From positions 1,088,001 to 1,152,000 of the forward strand of contig OZ245020.1 of assembly GCA_965223865.1 (NCBI GenBank): DNA of 64,000 nucleotides, in the 5' to 3' direction. The first letter of the stretch is position 1, and every line of letters starts with the position of its first letter. The notes under the pieces were generated by a model. That model did no database searches. It was not told where the DNA came from and saw nothing but the letters and a program-made list of their open reading frames with translations. Made by a program: the position numbers and the translations under genes. This DNA is from Nitrosarchaeum sp. GTDB taxonomy: Archaea; Thermoproteota; Nitrososphaeria; Nitrososphaerales; Nitrosopumilaceae. Positions 41,410 to 51,620 of this stretch are shown one piece after another.

Positions 41410-44400
41410 GTCGATAAGTAAAATTCTTGTACTTGGTAGTGGGGCAATAAAAATCGGAGAAGCCGGCGAGAGTCGCAAAAACGACCGCTAATTTGACTAC
41501 TCCGGAAGCCAATGCCTTAAAGCAATACATGAAGATGGACTGAAAAGTATCTTAATCAATCCAAACATTGCTACAATTCAGACTGACACTAGATTTGCAA
41601 ATCAGGTTTATCTTCTACCTGTGACTCCTGATTATGTAGAATCTATTATCGAAAAAGAAAGACCTGACGGGATAATGTTGGCATATGGAGGCCAGACAGC
41701 ACTTAATTGTGGTGTAAAACTAGCTGAAGCAGACATACTACAAAAATATGGAGTCAAGGTTCTAGGTACACAAGTAAATGGAATTCAGAGAGCTGAAGAT
41801 AGACAACTCTTCAAAGATTCTATGAATGAATGTGGAGTTCCAATACTCAAAAGCAAAACCGTTACTAATTTTGATGATGCAAAAAAGGTAGCAGAAGAGC
41901 TTAACTATCCTGTAATTATTAGAGTTGCCTATACTCTAGGTGGAAAAGGTGGAGGGGTTGCATTTAATGAAATTGAATTACATGAAATTGTTGAAAGGGG
42001 ATTAAAAGCAAGTCTAGTCGGCCAAGTCCTTGTTGAAGAATATGTTGGTCACTGGAAACAAATTGAATATGAAGTCATGCAAGACTATGATGGTAACAAC
42101 GTGATTGTATGTAATATGGAAAATGTCCTTTCTATGAAAGCACACACAGGAGATAATATTGTGGTTGCTCCTTCTCAAACAATTGATAATCGTGAGTATC
42201 ATATGTTACGTTCTGCAGCTTTGCGAGCGACAAAACACGTAGGAATAGTAGGTGAATGTAACATACAGTATGCACTTGATCCTGATTCTGATAGATATGT
42301 TGCAATTGAAATAAACCCTAGATTATCACGTTCCTCTGCACTTGCAAGTAAAGCTACTGGATATCCTTTAGCATACATGTCTGCAAAAATAGGATTAGGA
42401 TACAATTTGTCAGAATTGATAAATAGAATTACAAAAAGTACAACTGCATGTTTTGAACCTTCTCTTGATTATGTTGTATGTAAACATCCAAGATGGGATT
42501 TTGCAAAGTTTGAACTTGTAAATAGAAAATTAGGTCCTACGATGAAATCCGTCGGTGAAGTCATGGCAGTTGGAAGAACTTTTGAAGAATCTCTCCAAAA
42601 AGCTATCCGAATGTTAGATATTGGAAATGATGGTTTAGTTCTAAATCGTCAAAATGGCAAATCCTATACAGAAGAAGAAATTGAAGATAAATTGTCTCAT
42701 CCTGATGATCAAATACTATACCATGTAGCATTGGCTCTCAAAATGGGAATTTCTGTTGAACGAATTTACAAGTTATCTGCTATAGATCCTTGGTTTATTG
42801 AAAAAATAAAAAACATTTCAAATATTGAGCAGGCTCTGAAAAATTCTGAATTAGACAAAGATATACTTTGGAAGGCTAAAAAAATGGGTTTTTCGGATAA
42901 ACAAATTGGACGCTCAAAAGACAAACCAGTAGATTTTGTGCGTAATTTACGTAAAAAATATGGAATTGTGCCATCTGTTAAACAAATTGATACTCTTGCG
43001 GCTGAATGGCCTGCTGTCACAAATTATCTGTATTTGACATATGGTGGAAATTCTCATGATATAGAAATTTCACCTGATGAAAAAGGGATTGTTGTTGTTG
43101 GTGCTGGGCCCTATAGAATAGGTAGTAGTGTGGAGTTTGATTGGGGTACTGTAAACATGGTGTGGGGATTGCAAGAAAATGGAGAAAAAAATATCTCCGT
43201 GGTAAACTGTAATCCTGAAACTGTTTCTACAGATTATGATATATGTACAAGATTATATTTTGAGGAATTAACTCAAGAGAGATTATTAGACATTGCTGAT
43301 TTTGAAAATCCTAAAGGAGTTATTACATGTGTAGGTGGTCAAACTGCAAATAACTTGACTCCTGGACTTGCAGAACACGGTGTCAATATTATGGGAACAA
43401 GTGCTCATGATGTAGATAGAGCTGAAGATCGTTCAAAATTTAGTGCCGAACTTGACAAACTTCATATCCAACAACCACGATGGCAAGCTTTTTCAAATCT
43501 TAACGAAGCAAAAAATTTTGCACTAGATGTTGGCTTTCCTGTAATTGTTAGACCTTCTTACGTTCTTTCTGGTGCTGCTATGAAGGTTGTATGGTCGCAA
43601 GATGAACTCAAAACATATGTGAAAGAGGCTACGGATGTTTCGCCTGATCATCCCGTTGTTATTTCCAAATTTATGCTAAATTCTCTTGAGGTTGATGTAG
43701 ATGGAATTAGTAATGGAAAAGATGTAGTGATTGGAGCAATAGTTGAGCATATTGATAGTGCAGGAGTTCACTCTGGTGATGCTATGATGTGTATTCCACC
43801 TTGGCGTTTAAGTAATAAAATTATTGAGACTATTACTGAATATACAAAAAAAATTGCAACTACTTTTAATGTTAAAGGACCTTTCAATTTGCAATTTTTA
43901 ATACACGATGATCATGTCTATGTAATTGAGCTCAACATTCGTGCATCTCGTTCTATGCCTTTTGTGTCTAAACTTGTAAAAACCAACCTTATATCATTGG
44001 CATCAAAGGCAATTTTAGGAAAGCCTTTACCCCAAATACCAGAAAATAAGTGGCAAAAAATTCCAAACTTTGGAATAAAGGTGCCTCAATTCTCATTTAT
44101 GCAGCTAGATGGTGCAGACATTGCCTTGGGTGTAGAAATGCAATCTACAGGAGAGGCTGCATGCTTTGGAAACAGCTTTTTTGATGCATTAGCTAAAGGA
44201 TTAACTTCTGTAGGATATAATCTCCCTGAGCATGGAACTGCACTTGTAACAGTAGGAGGTGCTCAAAACAAAGAAAAATTATTACAAACAATTGCAAAGC
44301 TAAAAAGTCTAGGATTTCAAATTTTGGCAACTGAACACACTGCAGAATTCTTCCAGGAGAAAATCGGGGAGATTCAAGTGGTTCACAAAATCTCTGAACC

Positions 44401-44659
44401 TGAAAGAAAACCAAACATCAAAGATTTACTTTATCAAAGAAAGATAGACTTTATCATAAATATTCCAAGTACATCCACATTGGAAAAATATGTTGGTATG
44501 CTTGATGATGAATATCAAATTAGGAGAAAATCTTTAGAATTAGGAATTCCTGTTTTAACAACAATTGAATTGGCCGACTCTTTTGTAAAAACATTGGAGT
44601 GGTTAAAGGATAATCAAACAACAAAAAATCCAATAGAACCTTATGATCATATGGGATGA
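41396..44659 (+). CDS. carB: Carbamoyl-phosphate synthase large subunit, interrupted by a 21-nt insert (exons 41396-41470 and 41492-44659; 1080 aa if spliced)
   Basis: CTG start after GGAGG gives MPKNESISKILVLGSGAIKIGEAGE, then after the insert FDYSGSQCLKA..., in frame with ORF 41621-44659 (two ATP-grasp domains + MGS domain). Confidence 0.95.
41471..41491 (+). other. Candidate archaeal BHB/BHL-type mRNA intron
   Basis: AGTCGCAAAAACGACCGCTAA with in-frame TAA; helix GGCG/CGCT, bulges AG^A and AA^T, inner stem GTCG/CGAC; canonical cuts restore GAG-TTT (E-F). Confidence 0.8.
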
Positions 44660-44690
44660 TTTTTTTATTAAAAAAGTTTGTATTTTATTC

Positions 44691-45443
44691 CTATAATACT
44701 TGATCAATTATAGACTCATCACCAATTATTGTTCCATCAAGTGTGATAATTCTTGCCGAAGATATATTTTTGATTCTTTCAACAATTGGTGATATTGATT
44801 TTTTGTATCTTCTTTTGTGTGTTGCGTAAAAATATTTGTTAAAAGATGGAATAATAGTTATTTCTATTTCTCCATTTTGATTGGGAAAAATATTTTGTTT
44901 TTCTGTTTTTAAAGAGACCCAAACTCTTTGTCCATTTAAAACAGAACCTTCTTGAAAAAATACAGGATGAACATGACCCATTATTATTTTGTTCACATGT
45001 GAAAAATTTTCCGATGGCATGGTATGACCATGTGTTAACAAAATGTTCTCTTCAACCATTCCGGTTGAACTTATCATTGAAACTCCTTCTGGAACTAATT
45101 TCTGGATGTTTGCATCGTGATTTCCTGGAATAAGAATGACTTTGCACTTTTCTTTGATTTTTTCAAAAAATAAAGGTAATTCACTCCATTCACTTTTTGA
45201 AATGGTTTTAAGGCTAGATTTGACATCCCCTAACAAAATCACCGAATCTGGTTTTTCGATATTAATCAATTCTAATATTTCATTTATTGTTTCAGTTATT
45301 GTGGAATTCTTTCCAATGAAAATTTTATTTGATGCAAGACTACTCTCAAAGCCAATGTGTATGTCTGTGATTATGATGCTCTTTTCTTGTCCTTCAAAAA
45401 TTAATGCTGGTTTTGAAGGAACTATCCTTGTTTGAGGCATCAA
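44691..45443 (-). CDS. Calcineurin-like metallophosphoesterase
   Basis: DIHIG, LGD, GNHD, HGH, GHVHP and PSFN motifs. Confidence 0.9.
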   Translation of the reverse strand: MMPQTRIVPSKPALIFEGQEKSIIITDIHIGFESSLASNKIFIGKNSTITETINEILELINIEKPDSVILLGDVKSSLKTISKSEWSELPLFFEKIKEKCKVILIPGNHDANIQKLVPEGVSMISSTGMVEENILLTHGHTMPSENFSHVNKIIMGHVHPVFFQEGSVLNGQRVWVSLKTEKQNIFPNQNGEIEITIIPSFNKYFYATHKRRYKKSISPIVERIKNISSARIITLDGTIIGDESIIDQVL

Positions 45444-45474
45444 AGATATACGATAGACTTTGGATTAAATCCTT

Positions 45475-45777
45475 ATGACTGACAGTTCTAAAAAAATAGA
45501 ATCCGTAGTTTTTCAAAAACGTGTAAAATTACATCTTTTTGAGCCTAGTCAAAGGAAAATTTGGACTGTTGTTGGCATGGGTGAAGAACATTGGTTAGAT
45601 CCGGAATCTGAATATTGTTCGTGTCCTGGATTTTATTTTGGAAAGTTAAATGGAAAAAACAGTTGTTATCATTTAGACTCTCTTAAAATTGCTAAAAAAA
45701 CAAACAAGATTGAAACAATTCATTTTTCTGATGATGAATATGAAGATTTCATTACTGGATTAATATCTGATTTATGA
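45475..45777 (+). CDS. SWIM zinc-finger protein
   Basis: YCSCPGF...CYHL. Confidence 0.8.
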   Translation: MTDSSKKIESVVFQKRVKLHLFEPSQRKIWTVVGMGEEHWLDPESEYCSCPGFYFGKLNGKNSCYHLDSLKIAKKTNKIETIHFSDDEYEDFITGLISDL

Positions 45778-45822
45778 ACAATTTTTCGAATCTGTTAATT
45801 ACTAGAAATATAATAAAACACT

Positions 45823-46074
45823 ATGGATGATAAACAGTACAATGAAGAAATTGAGAAGATTGCCAATCTAATGATACATGATGGTATTTCTTATGATGAG
45901 CAAGATTCCCAAAAATTAGAAAAGTACAAACACCAAGTAAAACAAGATTGTAATCTAAATGATGATGATGCACTCAAACTGGTATATGAGGCATTATTGT
46001 ATAGAAAATTAAAAAATTCTGATTCAGGTGATCCCCTTCAGAAGGGAGACCAGTTTGGTGCAGGATTCAGTTAA
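45823..46074 (+). CDS. Hypothetical protein
   Basis: 83-aa ORF ending FGAGFS; host-like. Confidence 0.7.
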   Translation: MDDKQYNEEIEKIANLMIHDGISYDEQDSQKLEKYKHQVKQDCNLNDDDALKLVYEALLYRKLKNSDSGDPLQKGDQFGAGFS

Positions 46075-46076
46075 TG

Positions 46077-46376
46077 TTATCCTAACGGGACTGTCTCTAT
46101 GTCGTCCTTTGAAACTCCTTTCCAAAGTCCAATCATACCTTCAGGTTCTACTTCTTCGACTTTGGTAATTTGTTGAATTTTGATATGATCTGGGTTTGGA
46201 GGCATCCAAAGCATTGCCATATAGTCTCCAACTTTACCTACTTTTGTGGGTAGTGCCATGGTGATCTTTTCTTTTGAAACTCCTTTTGAAGTCAATGCAC
46301 TCACTGCCTTCTCTTGCAGATCCATTCTTCCATGAAGGAACAAGTATACGTCTTTTTGACTGTCAATTTCTGACAT
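46077..46376 (-). CDS. Hypothetical protein
   Basis: 99-aa ORF with ATG start and host codon usage. Confidence 0.75.
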   Translation of the reverse strand: MSEIDSQKDVYLFLHGRMDLQEKAVSALTSKGVSKEKITMALPTKVGKVGDYMAMLWMPPNPDHIKIQQITKVEEVEPEGMIGLWKGVSKDDIETVPLG

Positions 46377-46465
46377 GACTGAATTATTTTTTTAAACTAA
46401 ATCAATCTTTCCTGAACTTATACCTGCCAAAAAGGGTTAAATTAGTAGTATCAAAATTTCTCATT

Positions 46466-46759
46466 GTGAAGATCTTCACTGTAGGTAGTAAATCCTTTGT
46501 AACTAGTTTCCAATTAGCCGGAGTTCCAGGGGTAATTTCTGAAACTCCTCAAAAGGCTTTGGATGAAATTAGACGACTAACTGATGATTCAGATGTAGGT
46601 CTGATCCTCGTTAGTGATGATATTACAGAATCTATTAATGATGAATTAACTGCTCTTAGAGCAGAAAAATCAACTCTTGTTTTTGCATTACCTGCTACCG
46701 GCAGTGAAAAGACTGAAGTCGATTACCGTGTAATGCTCAAAAAAATTCTAGGTGTCTAA
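46466..46759 (+). CDS. atpF: A/V-type ATP synthase subunit F (stand-alone)
   Basis: I..VG....V..FQLAGV, DVGLILV and C-terminal ..KKILGV pattern. Confidence 0.88.
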   Translation: MKIFTVGSKSFVTSFQLAGVPGVISETPQKALDEIRRLTDDSDVGLILVSDDITESINDELTALRAEKSTLVFALPATGSEKTEVDYRVMLKKILGV

Positions 46760-46801
46760 TCTCCTTTAATCTACTTATATTCTGTATTCTCAAGTTTTGA
46801 T

Positions 46802-47830
46802 ATGAAAACTGCATATGTGAAGGAACCGTCTGTTATCTCCGTTGATGAAACAGAAAAACCTATTCTAAATGCAGGTGATGTATTAGTACAAATGCAGGCA
46901 TGTGGAATCTGTGGTTCTGATTTAGAAAAAGTATTTGGTCAATATGGACAACCATCTATGCGGTTGGGTCATGAACCTGCTGGAATAATTGTTGAGGTAG
47001 GGTCTGATGTCACGGAATTCAAAAAGGGTGATAGAGTATTTACTCATCACCATGTCCCATGTTATTCGTGCCATTTGTGTGTACATGGAAATGAAACAAT
47101 GTGTAAAAAATACTATGAAACAAATCTCTCTCCCTGTGGTTTGTCAGAAGAATATGTTGTTCCAGAATGGAACGTTTCTCATGGTGGTGTCTTAAAAATA
47201 CCTGAGTCTATGACTTTTGAAGAAGCAGCCATGATTGAACCATTAGCTTGTTGTGTGAGGGCATGGACAAAATTTTCTTATCAAGAAGGTGATTCTATTG
47301 CAGTATTTGGAGTAGGACCCACTGGAATGATGCATGTTATGATTGCAAAGGCAAAAAAATTTTCAAAAATTTTTTGTTTTGATGTTAATGACTTTAGATT
47401 AAATTTTGTAAAAAAATTCAATATTTCTGATTCTATTAGTTCGATGGATGAAAATCGCAAACAGAAAATTTTTGAAAATACAGAAGGAAGAGGTGTTGAT
47501 GTTGCAATTGTTGCTACTAGTAGCCTAAAAGCCTTAGATGATGCTATTGAAATGGTACGAAAGGGCGGTGCGGTAATGATGTTTGGGGTTCCCTCAAAGG
47601 GCGCAAAAATTGATTTGGATATGGCCAAAATTTATTCAAAAGAAATCACTTTGGTGACAAGCTATGCAGCTTCAGATAATGATACCCAAGATGCCATGAA
47701 TTTAATTAACTCTAATCAGATTGATGTAAAACAATTAGTAACTCATACTTACTCTATTGAGGATTCACAAAAAGCCTTTGAGCATGCTCGCAGCGGCGAA
47801 AATGCCATGAAGATTATCATAACTAAATAA
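46802..47830 (+). CDS. Zn-dependent medium-chain (GroES-like) dehydrogenase
   Basis: CGICGSD, GHE, C..C..C.....C, EPLAC and G.GP.G motifs. Confidence 0.93.
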   Translation: MKTAYVKEPSVISVDETEKPILNAGDVLVQMQACGICGSDLEKVFGQYGQPSMRLGHEPAGIIVEVGSDVTEFKKGDRVFTHHHVPCYSCHLCVHGNETMCKKYYETNLSPCGLSEEYVVPEWNVSHGGVLKIPESMTFEEAAMIEPLACCVRAWTKFSYQEGDSIAVFGVGPTGMMHVMIAKAKKFSKIFCFDVNDFRLNFVKKFNISDSISSMDENRKQKIFENTEGRGVDVAIVATSSLKALDDAIEMVRKGGAVMMFGVPSKGAKIDLDMAKIYSKEITLVTSYAASDNDTQDAMNLINSNQIDVKQLVTHTYSIEDSQKAFEHARSGENAMKIIITK

Positions 47831-47875
47831 GAAAGGCTTAAGAAGGGATTTCCTTTCTTTCAAAAACGAAGAAAT

Positions 47876-48772
47876 ATGGATTGGGGATTACAAAATAGAC
47901 TTTCAAGTATAATCAAACCACAAAATAATCGTGCGCTAATGTTAGCAGTTGATCATGGTTACTTTTTAGGACCAACTGAAAAATTAGAAAACCCAAAAAA
48001 AGTCATAGCGCCATTGCTTAAACACTGTGATTCTTTAATGCTTACCCGAGGTGTTCAAAGAACATCTGTGCCTGCTACTACTAACACTCCTATGGTCTTG
48101 AGAGTATCTGGTGGCTCAAGTATTATTGGTGAAGATTTGTCTCAAGAAGACATTACCGTTAGTATTGAAGACGCAATTAGATTAAATGCAAGCGCTCTTG
48201 CAATGTCTATTTTTGTTGGATCAAAATATGAATATCAAACTATTGTTAATCTTGGAAAATTAGTAAGTGAGGCTGAAAAATATGGAATTCCTGTGCTTGC
48301 AGTTACTGCTGTAGGAAAAGAACTTGGAAAAGACGCTCGATATCTATCCTTGGCCTGCAGAATTGCTGCTGAACAAGGAGCTCATATTGTAAAGACCTAC
48401 TATTGCGATGATTTTGAAAAAGTTGTTCAGTCCTGCCCTGTTCCAATCATTGTTGCTGGCGGCAAAAAAATCCCAGAACGTGATGCACTACAATTGACAT
48501 TCAATGCAATCAAAGGTGGAGCAGTAGGTGTTGATATGGGTAGAAATATCTGGCAATCCGAACACCCAGTTGCAATGGTACGAGCTGTTCGTTATATTGT
48601 GCATGGCAATGCAAATGTAGAGCAAGCTTTCCAATTATACAAAAAACTTGCAAAAGAAGATACAAACAAAAACAAATCAAAAGGAAACAAACCTAATCAA
48701 AACAAATCAAAAGGAAACAAACCTAATCAAAACAAATCAAAAGGAAACAAACCTAATCAAAACAAATCCTAA
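47876..48772 (+). CDS. lsrF: DhnA/LsrF-family class I aldolase/thiolase
   Basis: MDWG..NRL, LAVDHGYF.GPT, GA.IVKTYYC, CPVPII.AGGKK and GVDMGRNIWQS motifs. Confidence 0.8.
   Translation: MDWGLQNRLSSIIKPQNNRALMLAVDHGYFLGPTEKLENPKKVIAPLLKHCDSLMLTRGVQRTSVPATTNTPMVLRVSGGSSIIGEDLSQEDITVSIEDAIRLNASALAMSIFVGSKYEYQTIVNLGKLVSEAEKYGIPVLAVTAVGKELGKDARYLSLACRIAAEQGAHIVKTYYCDDFEKVVQSCPVPIIVAGGKKIPERDALQLTFNAIKGGAVGVDMGRNIWQSEHPVAMVRAVRYIVHGNANVEQAFQLYKKLAKEDTNKNKSKGNKPNQNKSKGNKPNQNKSKGNKPNQNKS
48671..48768 (+). repeat. In-frame 30-bp tandem repeat (3 perfect copies + 8 bp) encoding NKSKGNKPNQ
   Basis: AACAAATCAAAAGGAAACAAACCTAATCAA at 48671, 48701 and 48731. Confidence 0.97.
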
Positions 48773-48800
48773 ATTCAATCTACTCAAGACAAAAAATAAT

Positions 48801-49262
48801 CTAATTGTGAATTTTTGACAAATGTATATGAACAATCTTCCATGTTGGTTGTTTTATTAACACAAATGTAGCTCTTCCTTCTATTGATATGTGTTCTCCT
48901 GTGTATGCCTTTGTGTCTACAAGCATTCCTTTTTGAGTAGTTTCCATTGCAACTACTGCGGTATTGCCAAATAGGCTTATCTTGGGATTTTTGATCTCAT
49001 AATCATAATCGGAAATACTGACGTACTTTAGCTCCTCTAACTCCATAGTAGTTTGGAAATCTTTTAGATCATATGGTGGCAAATCACTAAAACTAGAAAA
49101 CCTTGAATCATCAAGATGAATGTCTTTTAACCGTGAAAAGTCCTTAGTTTTTCCTGCTTCAAACAATGTATCAATTACCTGAATTATCTCTTCATTATCT
49201 GACAAAATTTCAATTTGAGATGTAAAAATATCAACTTTAAATCTTCTTAATTGTTTCCTCAA
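48801..49262 (-). CDS. NTF2/SnoaL-like protein
   Basis: I.LFGNTAVV and RATFV......WKIVH.H.S C-terminal signature. Confidence 0.85.
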   Translation of the reverse strand: MRKQLRRFKVDIFTSQIEILSDNEEIIQVIDTLFEAGKTKDFSRLKDIHLDDSRFSSFSDLPPYDLKDFQTTMELEELKYVSISDYDYEIKNPKISLFGNTAVVAMETTQKGMLVDTKAYTGEHISIEGRATFVLIKQPTWKIVHIHLSKIHN

Positions 49263-49440
49263 AAACCAAAATTATTTTTCTGAGAATCTTTATTAGGCAT
49301 AATCATTGTTTATATTTTGAATTTCAATGAGATTAAAGACAACTGGAAAAACGCAAATTTTCTTGCTGGTTGATCTTATACTGTAAAGTGTGCTTAAATT
49401 TTAACACATTAAAATTATGGAGAAAAATTTGGTGAATTAA

Positions 49441-51129
49441 ATGGAAACTATGAAAGGTGCAAAGGCATTGATGACTGCCATGGAAAAAGAAGGCGTCAAA
49501 CAAGTATTTGGGTTACCGGGAGGTGCAAATCTTCCTATGTATGATGAGTTTGCTAGGTGTGATATTAGACATATCTTGGTAAGGCATGAACAATCTGCAG
49601 CACATATGGCTGATGGTTTTGGTAGAGTTAGTAGAAAACCCGGTGTATGTTTTGCAACTTCTGGACCTGGTGCAACAAACATCTTAACTGGTATTGCAAC
49701 TGCTCAAGCTGATTCTGCTCCAATGATTGCAGTGACTGGACAGGTACCAGTAAAGATGATTGGAAGAGATGCATTCCAAGAAAGTGATATTATTGGAATG
49801 GCAAATCCCGTTGTAAAGTATGCCTTTCAACCACGAACAGCAGAAGAAATTCCAGAGGTTGTAAAAAAAGGATTCTTTATTGCAGAAACTGGAAGACCAG
49901 GACCTGTACTTATTGACATTCCAAAAGATGTTCAAACAAACGAGGCTGAGATGAATTTTCCAGATGAATTTAAAATTCGAGGTTATCATCCTTGGACTGA
50001 TCCTGATATGGTAAATGTAGAAAAAGCAATTGATATGCTACTTCATGCACAAAAACCTGTGTTATTGGCCGGCGGTGGAACCATCATTTCATCAGCATTT
50101 GCTGAGCTTCAGGCTATTGCTGAATTACTAATGATTCCTGTAGTTACTACTTTTAAAGGAAAAGGAGCCTTTCCTGAAACTCATCCATTATCCTTAGGTC
50201 CAATTGGAATGCATGGACATGCAGAGGCAAACAAAATCATGTCTGAAGCTGATTGTGTTTTGGCAATTGGGACTAGATTTTCAGATAGATCTGTTGGAAC
50301 TTTTGAGGAATTTGAAAAACGATTGAAAATTATCCATATGGATGTAGATCCCGCTGAAATTGGTAAAAACCAAACCACTAACATTGCAGTGATAGGCGAT
50401 GTTCGCGCGTCACTTAGAATTATGGTAAAAATGTTGATGCAAAAAGCAATTAAAAATACTGAAGAAACACCTTGGATAAAACATGTAAAAGAAACTAAAG
50501 AATACTGGAAACAAAACTTGAAACTTCATCCTGGTGAAATGGGTGCAGCAAAAATATTGAGAAAACTACGAGAATTATTACCTGCAGAATCTATTGTTAC
50601 TACAGAAGTAGGACAACATCAGATGTGGGCATCATTATTTTATGACGTAATCCAACCTGGTACTTTCTTTAGCTCAACTGGACTTGGTACTATGGGCTGG
50701 GGATTTCCAGCTGCAATTGGTGCTAAAGTAGCAAAACCAGATGTACCTGTTGTAGATATTGCAGGAGATGGAAGTTTTAGTATGACAGAGAACTCTCTTG
50801 CTACTGCTGTATTAGAAGATATTCCAGTAATTGTATTTTTGTTAAACAACTTTACTTTAGGTATGGTTGCACAATGGCAGCGTACTTTCTATGATAGACG
50901 GATGATTGGTGTTGATCAAGGAAAATGTCCTGATTATGTTAAACTAGCTGAATCATACGGAGCTCAAGGAATTCGCGCACAATCGATGGATGAATTAGAC
51001 AAGGCAATCAAAACTGCACTAAACAGCGATGTTGCAACAGTAATTGATATCCCAATTGATCCTGAAGAAGATGTATTGCCATTTGTAGCTCCTGGAACTT
51101 CCCTTTCGGATATGATTTTACCGTCATAG
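49441..51129 (+). CDS. ilvB: Acetolactate synthase large subunit
   Basis: FGLPGG, RHEQ, TSGPGATN, GQHQMW, GLGTMG and GDGSF.M...N motifs. Confidence 0.97.
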   Translation: METMKGAKALMTAMEKEGVKQVFGLPGGANLPMYDEFARCDIRHILVRHEQSAAHMADGFGRVSRKPGVCFATSGPGATNILTGIATAQADSAPMIAVTGQVPVKMIGRDAFQESDIIGMANPVVKYAFQPRTAEEIPEVVKKGFFIAETGRPGPVLIDIPKDVQTNEAEMNFPDEFKIRGYHPWTDPDMVNVEKAIDMLLHAQKPVLLAGGGTIISSAFAELQAIAELLMIPVVTTFKGKGAFPETHPLSLGPIGMHGHAEANKIMSEADCVLAIGTRFSDRSVGTFEEFEKRLKIIHMDVDPAEIGKNQTTNIAVIGDVRASLRIMVKMLMQKAIKNTEETPWIKHVKETKEYWKQNLKLHPGEMGAAKILRKLRELLPAESIVTTEVGQHQMWASLFYDVIQPGTFFSSTGLGTMGWGFPAAIGAKVAKPDVPVVDIAGDGSFSMTENSLATAVLEDIPVIVFLLNNFTLGMVAQWQRTFYDRRMIGVDQGKCPDYVKLAESYGAQGIRAQSMDELDKAIKTALNSDVATVIDIPIDPEEDVLPFVAPGTSLSDMILPS

Positions 51130-51620
51130 TGATTATTATGTGGGCAATTCTTTCTCTTCTAGTTGAAAACAAGCCAGGAATTTTGTTTAAGGTAACTCAC
51201 CTTTTCAGATCTAGAAATTTCAATATCGATAGTATCTCTGTTGGTGTTACTGAAAATCCAGAATATTCTAGAATGACTATTACCACATATGGTGATAAAA
51301 AACAAGTCGATCAAATAGTAAAACAACTTGATAAAATGATAGATACCGTTGAGGTAAAACACCTAGATGAATACAAAACTGTCTATAGAGAACTTAGCAT
51401 TTTTAAGATTAAACTAAGTAATGCTAACGACAGTATGGAGATCAACAAATTAGCAAATGCATATGGTGCCAAAGTACATGACGTCAAAAAAGATTCTATT
51501 ATGATTGAATTGACTGCAACCCCTGACCAAATTCAAGCTTTTGAAGAATTGGCCAAACCCTTTGGAATAATTGAAGTTGCAAGAACCGGTGTTACTGCAT
51601 TGCAGAGGAGTGGAGTATGA
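51129..51620 (+). CDS. ilvN: Acetolactate synthase small (regulatory) subunit
   Basis: ACT domain VENKPGIL..V..LF..RNFNIDSISVG; EVARTG. Confidence 0.95.
   Translation: MIIMWAILSLLVENKPGILFKVTHLFRSRNFNIDSISVGVTENPEYSRMTITTYGDKKQVDQIVKQLDKMIDTVEVKHLDEYKTVYRELSIFKIKLSNANDSMEINKLANAYGAKVHDVKKDSIMIELTATPDQIQAFEELAKPFGIIEVARTGVTALQRSGV

Noticed and set aside
41471-41491. carB insert as stop readthrough or random decay
   Set aside because: Readthrough would put 7 residues into an invariant motif; the insert is not a duplication of flanking sequence and its ends match BHB cut sites exactly
48671-48768. CRISPR array
   Set aside because: Head-to-tail repeats without spacers, in frame inside a CDS, no cas genes
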